A DNA stretch of 64,000 bases from the NCBI GenBank assembly GCA_964577695.1, contig CAZOAL010000020.1:72121-136120 (forward strand). The letters are read 5' to 3'. The notes under the pieces were generated by a model. The model searched no databases and was not told the DNA's origin. It saw nothing but the letters and a program-made list of their open reading frames with translations. The position numbers were made by a program, and so were the translations under genes. Shown here in pieces: positions 8,866 to 17,740 of the stretch (the first letter of the stretch is position 1; each line of letters starts with the position of its first letter). Origin of the DNA: an uncultured bacterium (lineage in GTDB: Bacteria > Poribacteria > WGA-4E > PCPOR2b).

Positions 8866-11241
8866 TTAATTCTTGCCGGGGATGACACTAAAAAATGGAA
8901 CCCGAATGGTAGGCTGTATTGCACTATTTGTTTTTACCAGGATTTCACCCGAAAGCTGGCCGGGTGGAGCTGTTGGATTGATGGTCGCTGTGAGGTGATA
9001 ACTCATCCCATCTGCTTGTGGAGCGACTTTTGCCATGACATATTTCGAGTTCGATTGGACCCCAGTGATTTTGAAGGGTTGGGAGTTGATTGGGGAAATC
9101 GTCACCTTTTTAGAAACCGCTTTTTCGCCCTCAACGAGTCCGAAAAAGAAATTTCTTGGAGAAACAGCAAACTCCCCTAAAACCTCGCCGATGACTTCAA
9201 CCGTGTGCGTTGCTTTTTTGCCCTCATAGTTGTAGTCTATCAAGAGTTTCCAGTTGAAGGGACCGATTGGCATTGACTCCAGCAGGGCAACTTCGACCCG
9301 TATAATCTCGCTTTGTTTCTCAGAAACGATGTTTGCCCTCAAATCCGTTGAATTGACGCGAACGCCAGTTATGTGAACATCCTTTCCCACTCCGCGATGA
9401 ACCGTTAACGTCTTTTTCGGCGTCCCTTTCGATGGCACTTGGCCGAAGAATACGCGAGTGGGGAACGTTGTAATTGGCACAAACGCCGTTCCTTTGAGTA
9501 TCAGTTTCACCTTGTTTTGCATCGGATCGTTTGTGTAAACATCAACGCTTTCTTCCACTTCCCGATTCTCAGAGGGAACTTTCAGAACAGCTTCAATCAT
9601 TCCATATTCTCCCGGCAGAATTTCGTTCTTTGAGACAATCGTCGCCGTGCATGAACAGGAGTGTTCAACTTTCAATATCTTCAAGATATGGGTGCCGACG
9701 TTCTTGAGTTTAAAAGTGTGTTTTACCTGGCTTCCCCCATGGGCTTCACCAAAATCATAAAGCATAGAATCGGCAAGGACGCGGGGCACTGGTTCAGATG
9801 GGGCACGTTCGGGTTTATAATCAAAGATTAAAATCTCACCGCCCCAAATCTGAGACAGTTCCTTTGATGATAGGTAATGGTCATACTTCTTAGCCGGGTC
9901 AGAAATCAAGACGCCGTCAGAGACAGCCTTTTCAAAAACGAGAAAGTGGTTTCCTTTGAGGTAGGCAATCGCAGGCATTGGAATCTTCTTTAGTGCTTTT
10001 ACGTTTGCCTTGATTCCCTTGGGGTTTAAACCCTTATACTTTGCCGCCTGGAGGAGTCCTAGCATGGTTGTTCCGACGTTTGGATCAAAGTTGGAGAGTC
10101 TGGCAAGCTCTTCAAAGGAGGCATCAACCTTCAACAATTCGCAGATGCGTAACAAACTATTTGGGCCACATGATAGAAGGAGATCCTGTTCAAGTTGAGA
10201 TTTGTCTGGGAGTGGGGGTTCATAGGATCTTTTACCTAAGCTCTCCGCGGAGATTTCTGACCCGAGTTCGACCCTTAAGCCTTGATTGAGATAAGATTGA
10301 GGGTTTATCTCAAAAAAGTGGGCTGGGAAATCAATATTAAACCGCGCTTCCTTGACAAGAACTGTTTGGACGTTATCAATTTCTGTTTCCTGTTTTTTTA
10401 TCCATCGGGTCACTGAAGGAAACCAGATTTCTCCATACTTTTGAAAATCCTCATAAACTAACTCCCATGTCACCGGAGGTCTTATTTCTTCCTGCCTTCT
10501 TTCTTCTTTACGAATGCAGAACTGTTTCTGCGGATCCACCCACACTCTTACCACGTCTGTGGGAGCTTCGGCGTTTTTTGTCCGAAATTCAAGTAGGTAG
10601 CAATCTGCATTCCCAATCACCTGATGGCCTATCAGCTTTGCATCATAAGGAACTCGATTCAGAGAACGTCCGAACAGTTCAAAATCTTGAAAGCCTTCGT
10701 ACTTTGAATTCTTATAAAATGAAATAGATTGAGCGGGGAATCGATTTAAACCTTCAAAAACCTGAGTTTGTCCATCATAAGTAAGAACTCTGAAATAATC
10801 TCCTTCCGTATACCTTGCTTCATCACTAGACGGATCTAATCCTCTACGATCGATCGCGGTCATTTTGTATTGAAAATTTCCTGAATCCCCTCCAGAATCT
10901 TGGTATTGAATATTAAAAGCAACATTCGATTCCCGATGGACACTACGCCGATTCATGGTCGCACGAAAAGGGAGTGCCTTAAGGTATATTTGCTGGAGTT
11001 CTGACTGATCAGAAGCTGAGTATTGACTCCGAATTTTTTCTTTTTCCTTTTCCATCCACGTTTGGATCTCTTCAGGTGATTTTGGGTTGGCATAGTGTTG
11101 GGTAAAAATTAATCTCATTTCACCACTTTGGATAAGATTACGAGACTGGTTAACACCGGCAATAAGTTGTTCGCGGGTTAGTTCTTCAGACACACACAAC
11201 TGGCTTATCAGAAAAAACGCGATGCAGAATATTCGGAACAT
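8866..11241 (-). CDS. secreted protein with peptidase C39-like domain and DUF1573 repeats
   Basis: Signal peptide. C39-like region (LLLSCGPNSLLRI...GNHFLVFEK). C-terminal HSCSCT-type DUF1573 motifs. Directly abuts the GT39 gene (8865/8866). Confidence 0.55.
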   Translation of the reverse strand: MFRIFCIAFFLISQLCVSEELTREQLIAGVNQSRNLIQSGEMRLIFTQHYANPKSPEEIQTWMEKEKEKIRSQYSASDQSELQQIYLKALPFRATMNRRSVHRESNVAFNIQYQDSGGDSGNFQYKMTAIDRRGLDPSSDEARYTEGDYFRVLTYDGQTQVFEGLNRFPAQSISFYKNSKYEGFQDFELFGRSLNRVPYDAKLIGHQVIGNADCYLLEFRTKNAEAPTDVVRVWVDPQKQFCIRKEERRQEEIRPPVTWELVYEDFQKYGEIWFPSVTRWIKKQETEIDNVQTVLVKEARFNIDFPAHFFEINPQSYLNQGLRVELGSEISAESLGKRSYEPPLPDKSQLEQDLLLSCGPNSLLRICELLKVDASFEELARLSNFDPNVGTTMLGLLQAAKYKGLNPKGIKANVKALKKIPMPAIAYLKGNHFLVFEKAVSDGVLISDPAKKYDHYLSSKELSQIWGGEILIFDYKPERAPSEPVPRVLADSMLYDFGEAHGGSQVKHTFKLKNVGTHILKILKVEHSCSCTATIVSKNEILPGEYGMIEAVLKVPSENREVEESVDVYTNDPMQNKVKLILKGTAFVPITTFPTRVFFGQVPSKGTPKKTLTVHRGVGKDVHITGVRVNSTDLRANIVSEKQSEIIRVEVALLESMPIGPFNWKLLIDYNYEGKKATHTVEVIGEVLGEFAVSPRNFFFGLVEGEKAVSKKVTISPINSQPFKITGVQSNSKYVMAKVAPQADGMSYHLTATINPTAPPGQLSGEILVKTNSAIQPTIRVPFFSVIPGKN

Positions 11242-11357
11242 ATTCCTTTCAGCTCAACGGAAAAATAAGTGCGAAAGATGGAGTGAAATCACATTTGGAT
11301 CCTTTCTTTGCACTATCCCTTAACATGAGCCTTCCTTTCCTTAGAGTTGTTTATGCT

Positions 11358-11383
11358 GGTGTCCGGTAATAAAACCGGACACC
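11358..11383. terminator. hairpin GGTGTCCGG-N8-CCGGACACC
   Basis: Perfect 9-bp stem just downstream of the minus-strand gene 11391..11849. Confidence 0.3.
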
Positions 11384-11390
11384 AGACTTG

Positions 11391-11849
11391 TCAGATCGAT
11401 GTCCGACACGGTATTGTTAATAGCGGATAACAATGCTCTACAACAGGCCCATTGGTGCTTCTTAGTTCGCACTTAAACGGGAACACATACGCACACCATG
11501 TATCAATGTATGATACGATGCTATCCACATTGGCCTCATTGTAGGGTGGGGAACAATTCAGACACTGGACTATTGTGGGTGTACTGTGGTGGATAGTCCC
11601 GTCACAAGGCGGGGAATCATTCGAGCAATTAGCAAAATCCAAATGCCCTTCTGTCCTTGACCCTTGCCTTTTGCCAACTGTCCTTATGCCAACTGTTCCA
11701 CCACCAGTAAGACTTGCCATTCTCTCATAACTCAAAGTCTGAAACTCAGCCTGTGAACTATCAGATTCAACGAAAGAAAATAGCCCGATGAGTAAAAGTG
11801 TTCCACTGATAATGCAAGTGCTTACAAGCTCTACCTTTTTCTTTAGCAT
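11391..11849 (-). CDS. Cys-rich secreted hypothetical protein
   Basis: 152 aa with an N-terminal hydrophobic signal and many Cys. Confidence 0.45.
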   Translation of the reverse strand: MLKKKVELVSTCIISGTLLLIGLFSFVESDSSQAEFQTLSYERMASLTGGGTVGIRTVGKRQGSRTEGHLDFANCSNDSPPCDGTIHHSTPTIVQCLNCSPPYNEANVDSIVSYIDTWCAYVFPFKCELRSTNGPVVEHCYPLLTIPCRTSI

Positions 11850-11855
11850 TAGAGA

Positions 11856-12539
11856 TCACCTCCTTTCTTTTTCCCAAGCTTTATAAACCTTGTAATGTCT
11901 TATAGCAAATTCTTCAATAGTCAATCCATACCTCTGAGCAAATTCATTTTCGAGTTGATGTTGCCTCTCAACAAGAGGATTAAGTATAGCCTTTAATGTC
12001 TCCATTCGCTCTTCATTCCGATGAAGTTCTTCTATCAATCTTTTCGTTTCTTCTTCGCTCGCTCCGGTCAATTGCTTAAGAATTTCCATTTGTCTGTGAT
12101 TGAGATCAGCAAATTCTGGCTCAAAAGGAAGACGTTCTTTATAAAGAGCCCTCAGTTGTTCTACAAATTGTTTAAATCCGATGAAGATTTCTTCCAGTTC
12201 CGGGCTAATTCTTGTTTCACTGCCCTCTGCTTCAGCAGCAGTATCTGGTTGTGTACCCTCTGCTTCCCCTTCTGATTCCTCAAGGCTCCTGAGAAGGGCT
12301 TCAAACTCCTTCCATTCTTCCTTTGAAGGCGGTGGATTCTCGCTTACTGGCTTGGGTTGCGAAGCACTGATGGTGGGAGCATTCCTGACAGAAGTCTCCT
12401 TCAAAGTCTCTTTCGACTCTTTGGGCATTTCTTGTGGATTCTGAACTAATGGGCGCTCTTTATTCTTTATTATAAAGATGAAAAAAGCAACCGAAATCAA
12501 AACGATAGAACCTGCCAAAACCAAAAGTTTTCTTTGCAT
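11856..12539 (-). CDS. hypothetical membrane-anchored Glu-rich protein
   Basis: 227 aa with N-terminal TM segment and Glu-rich, low-complexity regions. Confidence 0.45.
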   Translation of the reverse strand: MQRKLLVLAGSIVLISVAFFIFIIKNKERPLVQNPQEMPKESKETLKETSVRNAPTISASQPKPVSENPPPSKEEWKEFEALLRSLEESEGEAEGTQPDTAAEAEGSETRISPELEEIFIGFKQFVEQLRALYKERLPFEPEFADLNHRQMEILKQLTGASEEETKRLIEELHRNEERMETLKAILNPLVERQHQLENEFAQRYGLTIEEFAIRHYKVYKAWEKERR

Positions 12540-12586
12540 TTCCTCCTCCTTTAGAACTTCTTAACTGAAAGCTTCTTAACAAGGGT

Positions 12587-13411
12587 TCATTTGTTCGATG
12601 CATCCTTTGCACAGCGAAATCCAATATTATAGGTTCGGCGATCTTCCTTATCATAATACCGATAAGTACATTGGAGTTGGAGGCGAATCGAATCCCAACC
12701 CCCGCCACGCAAAACCCGGTACTGCCCCTGATTAGGCCCCTTTGGGTTTTTCCCTGGGATCTGGGCATAGTAGACTTCTCCATACCAATCCGCTGTCCAT
12801 TCCCCAAGGCTGCCCGCCATGTCCATCACCCCATAAGGGCTTGCTCCTTGTGGAAAGCTGCCGATCGCTAGAATTTTCGTGACATGCGGGAAATAGTTGA
12901 GTTTGGAAAAATCCATCTCGTTTCCCCACGGGTAGATTCTCTGATCGGTGCCTCTTGCGGCTTTCTCCCATTCAGCTTCGGTTGGCAGACGCTTTCCCGC
13001 CCAGGTGGCGTAGGCGACCGCTTCATACCAACTCACGCCGATCACCGGCTGATCGGGTTCAGTCGATACTGAATTTTGCCCATATTTCAGAGGGGCTTCA
13101 ATCTGATGCTTCTGAATGAAGTCCCAGCCTTCCTGTGTCCAAAATTTCTTGTTTTTGTACCCACCGGCTAAGATAAACTCCTCATACTGGGCATTGGTCA
13201 CTTCGTGCTGGTCGATGTAGAAGGCATCTAAATCGACGGTATGGGCTGGGCGTTGGTCTGGGTTTACCTGTTCAGAGTCAGTTCCCATGATAAACTCGCC
13301 GCCTGGAATCAGTAGCATGCCTGCAGGGGCATCCGAGGAAGGAGAAGGCTGATCGCAAGCCGCTAAAATCGTCATCATGATCAAGCCTGACAAAAAACCA
13401 AGTAACCTCAT
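12587..13411 (-). CDS. formylglycine-generating enzyme (FGE/SUMF1) family lipoprotein
   Basis: Lipobox LAAC. GGEFIMGTD and RVLRGGGW motifs. Confidence 0.8.
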   Translation of the reverse strand: MRLLGFLSGLIMMTILAACDQPSPSSDAPAGMLLIPGGEFIMGTDSEQVNPDQRPAHTVDLDAFYIDQHEVTNAQYEEFILAGGYKNKKFWTQEGWDFIQKHQIEAPLKYGQNSVSTEPDQPVIGVSWYEAVAYATWAGKRLPTEAEWEKAARGTDQRIYPWGNEMDFSKLNYFPHVTKILAIGSFPQGASPYGVMDMAGSLGEWTADWYGEVYYAQIPGKNPKGPNQGQYRVLRGGGWDSIRLQLQCTYRYYDKEDRRTYNIGFRCAKDASNK

Positions 13412-14754
13412 CGTCTCACCTCCCTTCCATGCACAATCTTCGCCCAGTAACGCTCATACCCAAACCCCGGACTCATCTCAGATGTGTGGCACTGCACACA
13501 CGCCTTCGCCCGCTGCTGGCTATAGGTTGCTTGGGGATTAGCTACATGCCCACTGCCCGCCCCGTGACACGCCTCACACCCCACACTCGCCAACTGCGGC
13601 GTCTCATCCATGCTCACAAAGCCTCCAGCCTCACCGTAACCCGTCACATGACAGACGATACACTCCGGGTCATGCTCGCGTCCCTTCGCAATCAAGGTCT
13701 CGTAAGCGTGGGCATGAAGGCTACCCTTCCATACTGTGTGGTCAGCCTGATGGCACGTCTGACACGCGCCACTGCCAACATATTCAGACCCACCCTCGGA
13801 GGAGACGGTCATGACCTCCACACCCAATTGCTGGCTCATGTTCCTCACCATCGTGTGGTACAAATCCATCAACGCTCCCACCGTCGCGTCCTCGGCGTAA
13901 TCCTCCGAGAGGGCGAGGGATTGAACGTCGCGGCTGACGCCGTTCCTACGAACCTTCCCACCTTCTAAACGTAGCACGCACAGCCACTTCCCCTTCTCCC
14001 CCGGTGTCACCAGCAGGGTCTCTCCAACTTGCTGTGCCTCAACCAATGGCTGTTCACCGCCCCACGCCACCACCGCCGCGTACCCGGGCACCTGCTGTGC
14101 CAGCGATGCCGCGTCCTCAAGCCTCCCATGAAACAGCAGCACCTGCATCGCACTCTGAGAACGCAACGCTCCCAACGCATCACGCGCTGCCTCAGCCGGG
14201 TCTGTCCATGTCAACGAGGGGTCATACAGTTGCGCCTCTTTGGCGCGGGCTACAGACATCAGCCCGACGATTCCTATGCGCACCCCGCCGACTTCGCGCA
14301 CCACCCAGCCGGGGAAAAGGGGCTTTCCTTCCCAGCTCAGGTTGGCTGCCAGAAGAGGGAGGTCATGATTCATGGCTTGCGTCTGAAGGAACTCCCTGCC
14401 CAGGCTGACCTCTCCTACCCCCAGGTTCATCGCCGCGTAGTCCATCTCCCCCATGGCAGCCAGCGCCGTTTCCAGCTTTAACTCCTGCTGCCAGCCCGGT
14501 TCGGCAATTATGCCGCCGTTGTGTACCAACAAGAGCGGTTGTCCGGTTGAACGGAGTTCCGCAATTGCCGTGGCGCGTCTCGCCAGGCCTCCCAACTGCG
14601 CCAGGGCGCAACCGCACGGCTCAATAAAACCTGCCTCCTCCCCTGAAAAGACCAGGGACACCTCCCCCCCCCTGTCGGATGGCGCGGTGCAGGAGACGAG
14701 GGCGCAGGAACCTATCGCGTAGAGGAGGGTGAATGCGATGTATTTTACGTTCAT
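13408..14754 (-). CDS. lipoprotein fusing a 5'-nucleotidase/phosphoesterase-like N-terminal domain to a C-terminal tetraheme cytochrome c
   Basis: Lipobox LVSC. Four CxxCH motifs (CQTCH, CIVCH, CEACH, CVQCH). 4-bp overlap with the FGE gene. Confidence 0.7.
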   Translation of the reverse strand: MNVKYIAFTLLYAIGSCALVSCTAPSDRGGEVSLVFSGEEAGFIEPCGCALAQLGGLARRATAIAELRSTGQPLLLVHNGGIIAEPGWQQELKLETALAAMGEMDYAAMNLGVGEVSLGREFLQTQAMNHDLPLLAANLSWEGKPLFPGWVVREVGGVRIGIVGLMSVARAKEAQLYDPSLTWTDPAEAARDALGALRSQSAMQVLLFHGRLEDAASLAQQVPGYAAVVAWGGEQPLVEAQQVGETLLVTPGEKGKWLCVLRLEGGKVRRNGVSRDVQSLALSEDYAEDATVGALMDLYHTMVRNMSQQLGVEVMTVSSEGGSEYVGSGACQTCHQADHTVWKGSLHAHAYETLIAKGREHDPECIVCHVTGYGEAGGFVSMDETPQLASVGCEACHGAGSGHVANPQATYSQQRAKACVQCHTSEMSPGFGYERYWAKIVHGREVRR

Positions 14755-15282
14755 GCGTTCAGTAGTTCAAAACAAAAAAGGCGTCCCTGAAGGCAAAAGT
14801 GACCTTCAAAGACGCCTTGATGATTGCAGAATGGGATTAAACCGCTCCGTGAAACCGGAACAGAAATATCCCCTCGAGGGCGGCGATTCTGGCCCCCCCG
14901 CAAATCCAGTCGTGGCGCGGGTTCTAGGGTTTTTTTGTGGGGATTCTCAAAATCTTCAAATAAAGCCATTATTTTTTCCACCAAAAATGAAGCCATTATT
15001 TCCTTAAAAATTTTGATATTATAGCATACTCATAGATTCTCTGTCAAGCAAAAAATTGTCCACCAGGAAGTCCCGTTTTGCGTTGACAGAATTTTGACTT
15101 TATCGTATGATGAAGACCAACCTGGGATATTATACCTATTCTGATCGATCATCAAGCATGACCTCTGGAAGAGATGGAAGGAAAGGAGGGAATCCTTCCG
15201 TTTCTTCCCTTCCTTCCTTTCCTTCCAAAAGTGTAAAAGTATCTCAATACATCCTCTTTGCAACACTCTCTCTTCCACTTAT

Positions 15283-17226
15283 CATGATGACAAAACAGAC
15301 AAAAAACCATCAAGCACCGAACGCCGGCGTAACATTCCGAGCGGTGATGCTCGGGTTGATGCTGATTCCGGTTAACACCTACTTTATCATGGCAAACCAT
15401 CTCAAGTACTGGAGTACGTTGCCGACCACCATCTCACTCATTTATAACGTGATTATCACCTTAACGGTGCTGTTGACTTTTAACCAGTTGCTCCGGTATT
15501 TGCTGCCGCGTTTTGCCCTCAAACAAGGTGAACTTTTGACCATCTATGTGATGCTGTCGATTTCGTCAGCGATCGCCGGGCATGACATGATGCAAACCCT
15601 CGTGCCGGTGATTCCCAACGGCTTTTGGTTTGCTACCCCCGAAAATGAATGGAAAGAACTCTTCTGGCGATATCTCCCGCGTTGGCTCACCTCGGATAAC
15701 CTTTCGACGTTGAAGGATTTCTATGATGGTGAGACCACGTTTTACACGAAATCACATCTCCAGGACTGGCTACGTCCCATCCTCTGGTGGACACTGTTTT
15801 TTACGGTTCTCATCTGGGTCATGATTTGTCTGGATATGCTGTTCAGGAAACAGTGGATTGAGCGGGAGCGGTTGACCTATCCAATCGTCCGGTTGCCGTT
15901 GGAGATGACGCGCCCTGACGGGTGGCTGTTTCGCTCGAAGATGATGTGGATTGGATTTGCAATCGCCGGCGGGATTGATTTGATAAACGGGCTGCATGTT
16001 TTTTTCCGGTTTTCCCAGAAATCCCGGTGCGCAAAGCCGAAATTGGTCACTACTTTGCCGAAAAGCCGTGGGACGCGATGGGCTGGACGCCGGTTTATAT
16101 TCTCCCCTTCGGTCTTGGACTGGCGTTCCTGATGCCGTTGGAGATGTCCTTTTCGCTCTGGTTCTTTTACCTTTTCTGGAAAGGGGAACGGGTGTTGGGA
16201 AGATGGCTTGGGCTCCACAATTTCCCCGGCTTTCCTTATGATGGGGCGCAGGGGGCAGGCGCTTATCTAGCGGTTGCGTACTTCGCGCTTTTTGGGGGGC
16301 GACGCAACTTCTACGCCATCTTGAAAGGGCTTTTTCAGCGTCGGGGCCGAAATGGTCCTTCCCAAGGGAGATTGGTCGCGGAAAAGGAACCGATGACATA
16401 TCGGTGGGCTGTTTGGGGACTGGTCGGGGGATTGATTGTTCTGGGGGCTTTTTCCCACCGAGGCGGGATGGCGATTTGGACAATAACGCTTTATTTTCTG
16501 GTCTATTATCTTTTGGCGATCAGCATCAGCAGGATTCGCGCAGAAGTCGGCCCGCCGACGCACGAAATGTTCGTGGTGCATCCGCATCAATTTCTCACGG
16601 ATGTATTCGGTTCCCGACGGCTTTCGCACGGGAGTTTAACGATGATGGCACTTTATTATTCATTTAACCGCGGCTATCGCGCCCACCCGATGCCTCACAC
16701 GCTTGAAGGGTTCAAATTAGCCGAGGCATCGCAGATGAACCCGCGCCGATTGGTTTTCGCTATGATGTTAGCGACGGTGGTGGGTATCCTTGCAGCTTTC
16801 TGGGCATACCTGGTTGTGTCTTACAAAATGGGTGCCAATCCTGGCCTTGGCAGCGGGGGATACGATTTACTCCGCGGCTGGATATATTCTCCTACTGAAA
16901 CTGACTTCCCCGCTGTGATTTTTATTGGGGTCGGTTTTCTCTTTACGGGGTTCCTCTGGTGGATGCGAACGCGGTTTCCCCTCTGGCCCTTTCATCCAGC
17001 AGGTTACGCCGTTGCCAGCAGTATATGGACATTCGGATGGCTGTGGTTTTCCGTCTTCGTCAGTTGGGCAATCAAGACGATGCTGCTGAAGGTCGGCGGC
17101 ATCCGACTCTATCGCAAGGCGCTCCCCCTCTTTCTGGGAATCCTTCTGGGCGAGTTTATCGTCGGCGGGGCGTGGGTGCTGGTTCGGCTTTTTTGGAATA
17201 TTGAGGTTTATTCGTTTTACCGGTGA
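15283..17226 (+). CDS. large polytopic membrane protein, interrupted by a frameshift at a T7 homopolymer near 16001-16007 (pseudogene or sequencing error)
   Basis: ORFs 15107..16132 and 16027..17226 are both hydrophobic and read continuously if one T is removed (…GLHVFF/PVFPEIPVRKAEIGHYF…). Likely true start MMTKQTK at 15283, since the upstream part is a GGAAGG repeat. Confidence 0.5.
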
Positions 17227-17256
17227 ATGGGATTGTGCGATGCGTAAGGCGTGAAT

Positions 17257-17306
17257 CGTAAAACGTGAAACGTGATGCGTGAGATTTTTACGTTTCACGT
17301 TTTACG
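17257..17306. terminator. 17-bp perfect inverted repeat (CGTAAAACGTGAAACGT...ACGTTTCACGTTTTACG) between convergent genes
   Basis: Perfect palindrome with a loop containing TTTTT. Lies between the + gene ending at 17226 and the - gene ending at 17378. Confidence 0.45.
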
Positions 17307-17377
17307 TTTCAAGTTCAGATGCAGCTAGGACGCGGCTTCTCGCAGGTTAAGTGATATCACGGGAATTTGAAACATAC

Positions 17378-17740
17378 CTATATTTCATTAAAATCACTCG
17401 TGAAATCCGTCCGTTCCAGGTCGGTGAGGGTCCGCCTCACCCATGCCAGGAAAATGGTGCCATCTAACGTGAGCGGAGGTAATTCTGTCGTTTCCAGGGT
17501 GGGCTCGCTTGTCGGCCTTGTAAAACTGAACACTTCAGCCTCCAGGCGACGGGAAGGGTCTTTCAGCAGGTCATACGCCTCACGGATGTGTTTGAATTGC
17601 TCCGCATGTTTCTCTGGCGTAAATTGCCGCACCATCTTAAAGTAGGCTTTCTTGACCTCTGCATCAGAGGCGGTTTCATCCACTCCCAAGACATCAAAAG
17701 GGTTCATCATCGTATTCGTATTCACCAAAAATTCCTCCAA
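17378..17740 (-). CDS. J-like domain protein (DnaJ N-terminal-like; HPD replaced by TPE)
   Basis: PFDVLGV...AYFKMVRQFTPEK...AYDLLKD resembles a J domain but lacks HPD. Overlaps the upstream TPR gene. Confidence 0.5.
   Translation of the reverse strand: MEEFLVNTNTMMNPFDVLGVDETASDAEVKKAYFKMVRQFTPEKHAEQFKHIREAYDLLKDPSRRLEAEVFSFTRPTSEPTLETTELPPLTLDGTIFLAWVRRTLTDLERTDFTSDFNEI

Noticed and set aside
13429-14722. Long plus-strand ORFs antisense to the cytochrome c gene (179, 134, 150, 89 aa)
   Set aside because: They overlap a strongly supported minus-strand gene in GC-rich sequence and have low-complexity Pro/Arg-rich composition typical of antisense artefacts.
16001-16007. Programmed ribosomal frameshift at the T7 run
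   Set aside because: No downstream structure or conserved slippery heptamer context is evident. A homopolymer error or pseudogene is more parsimonious.
15770-16629. Minus-strand ORFs (237 aa, 113 aa, 120 aa) inside the large membrane-protein gene
   Set aside because: Antisense to a coherent hydrophobic reading frame, Arg/Pro-rich, no RBS. Called spurious.
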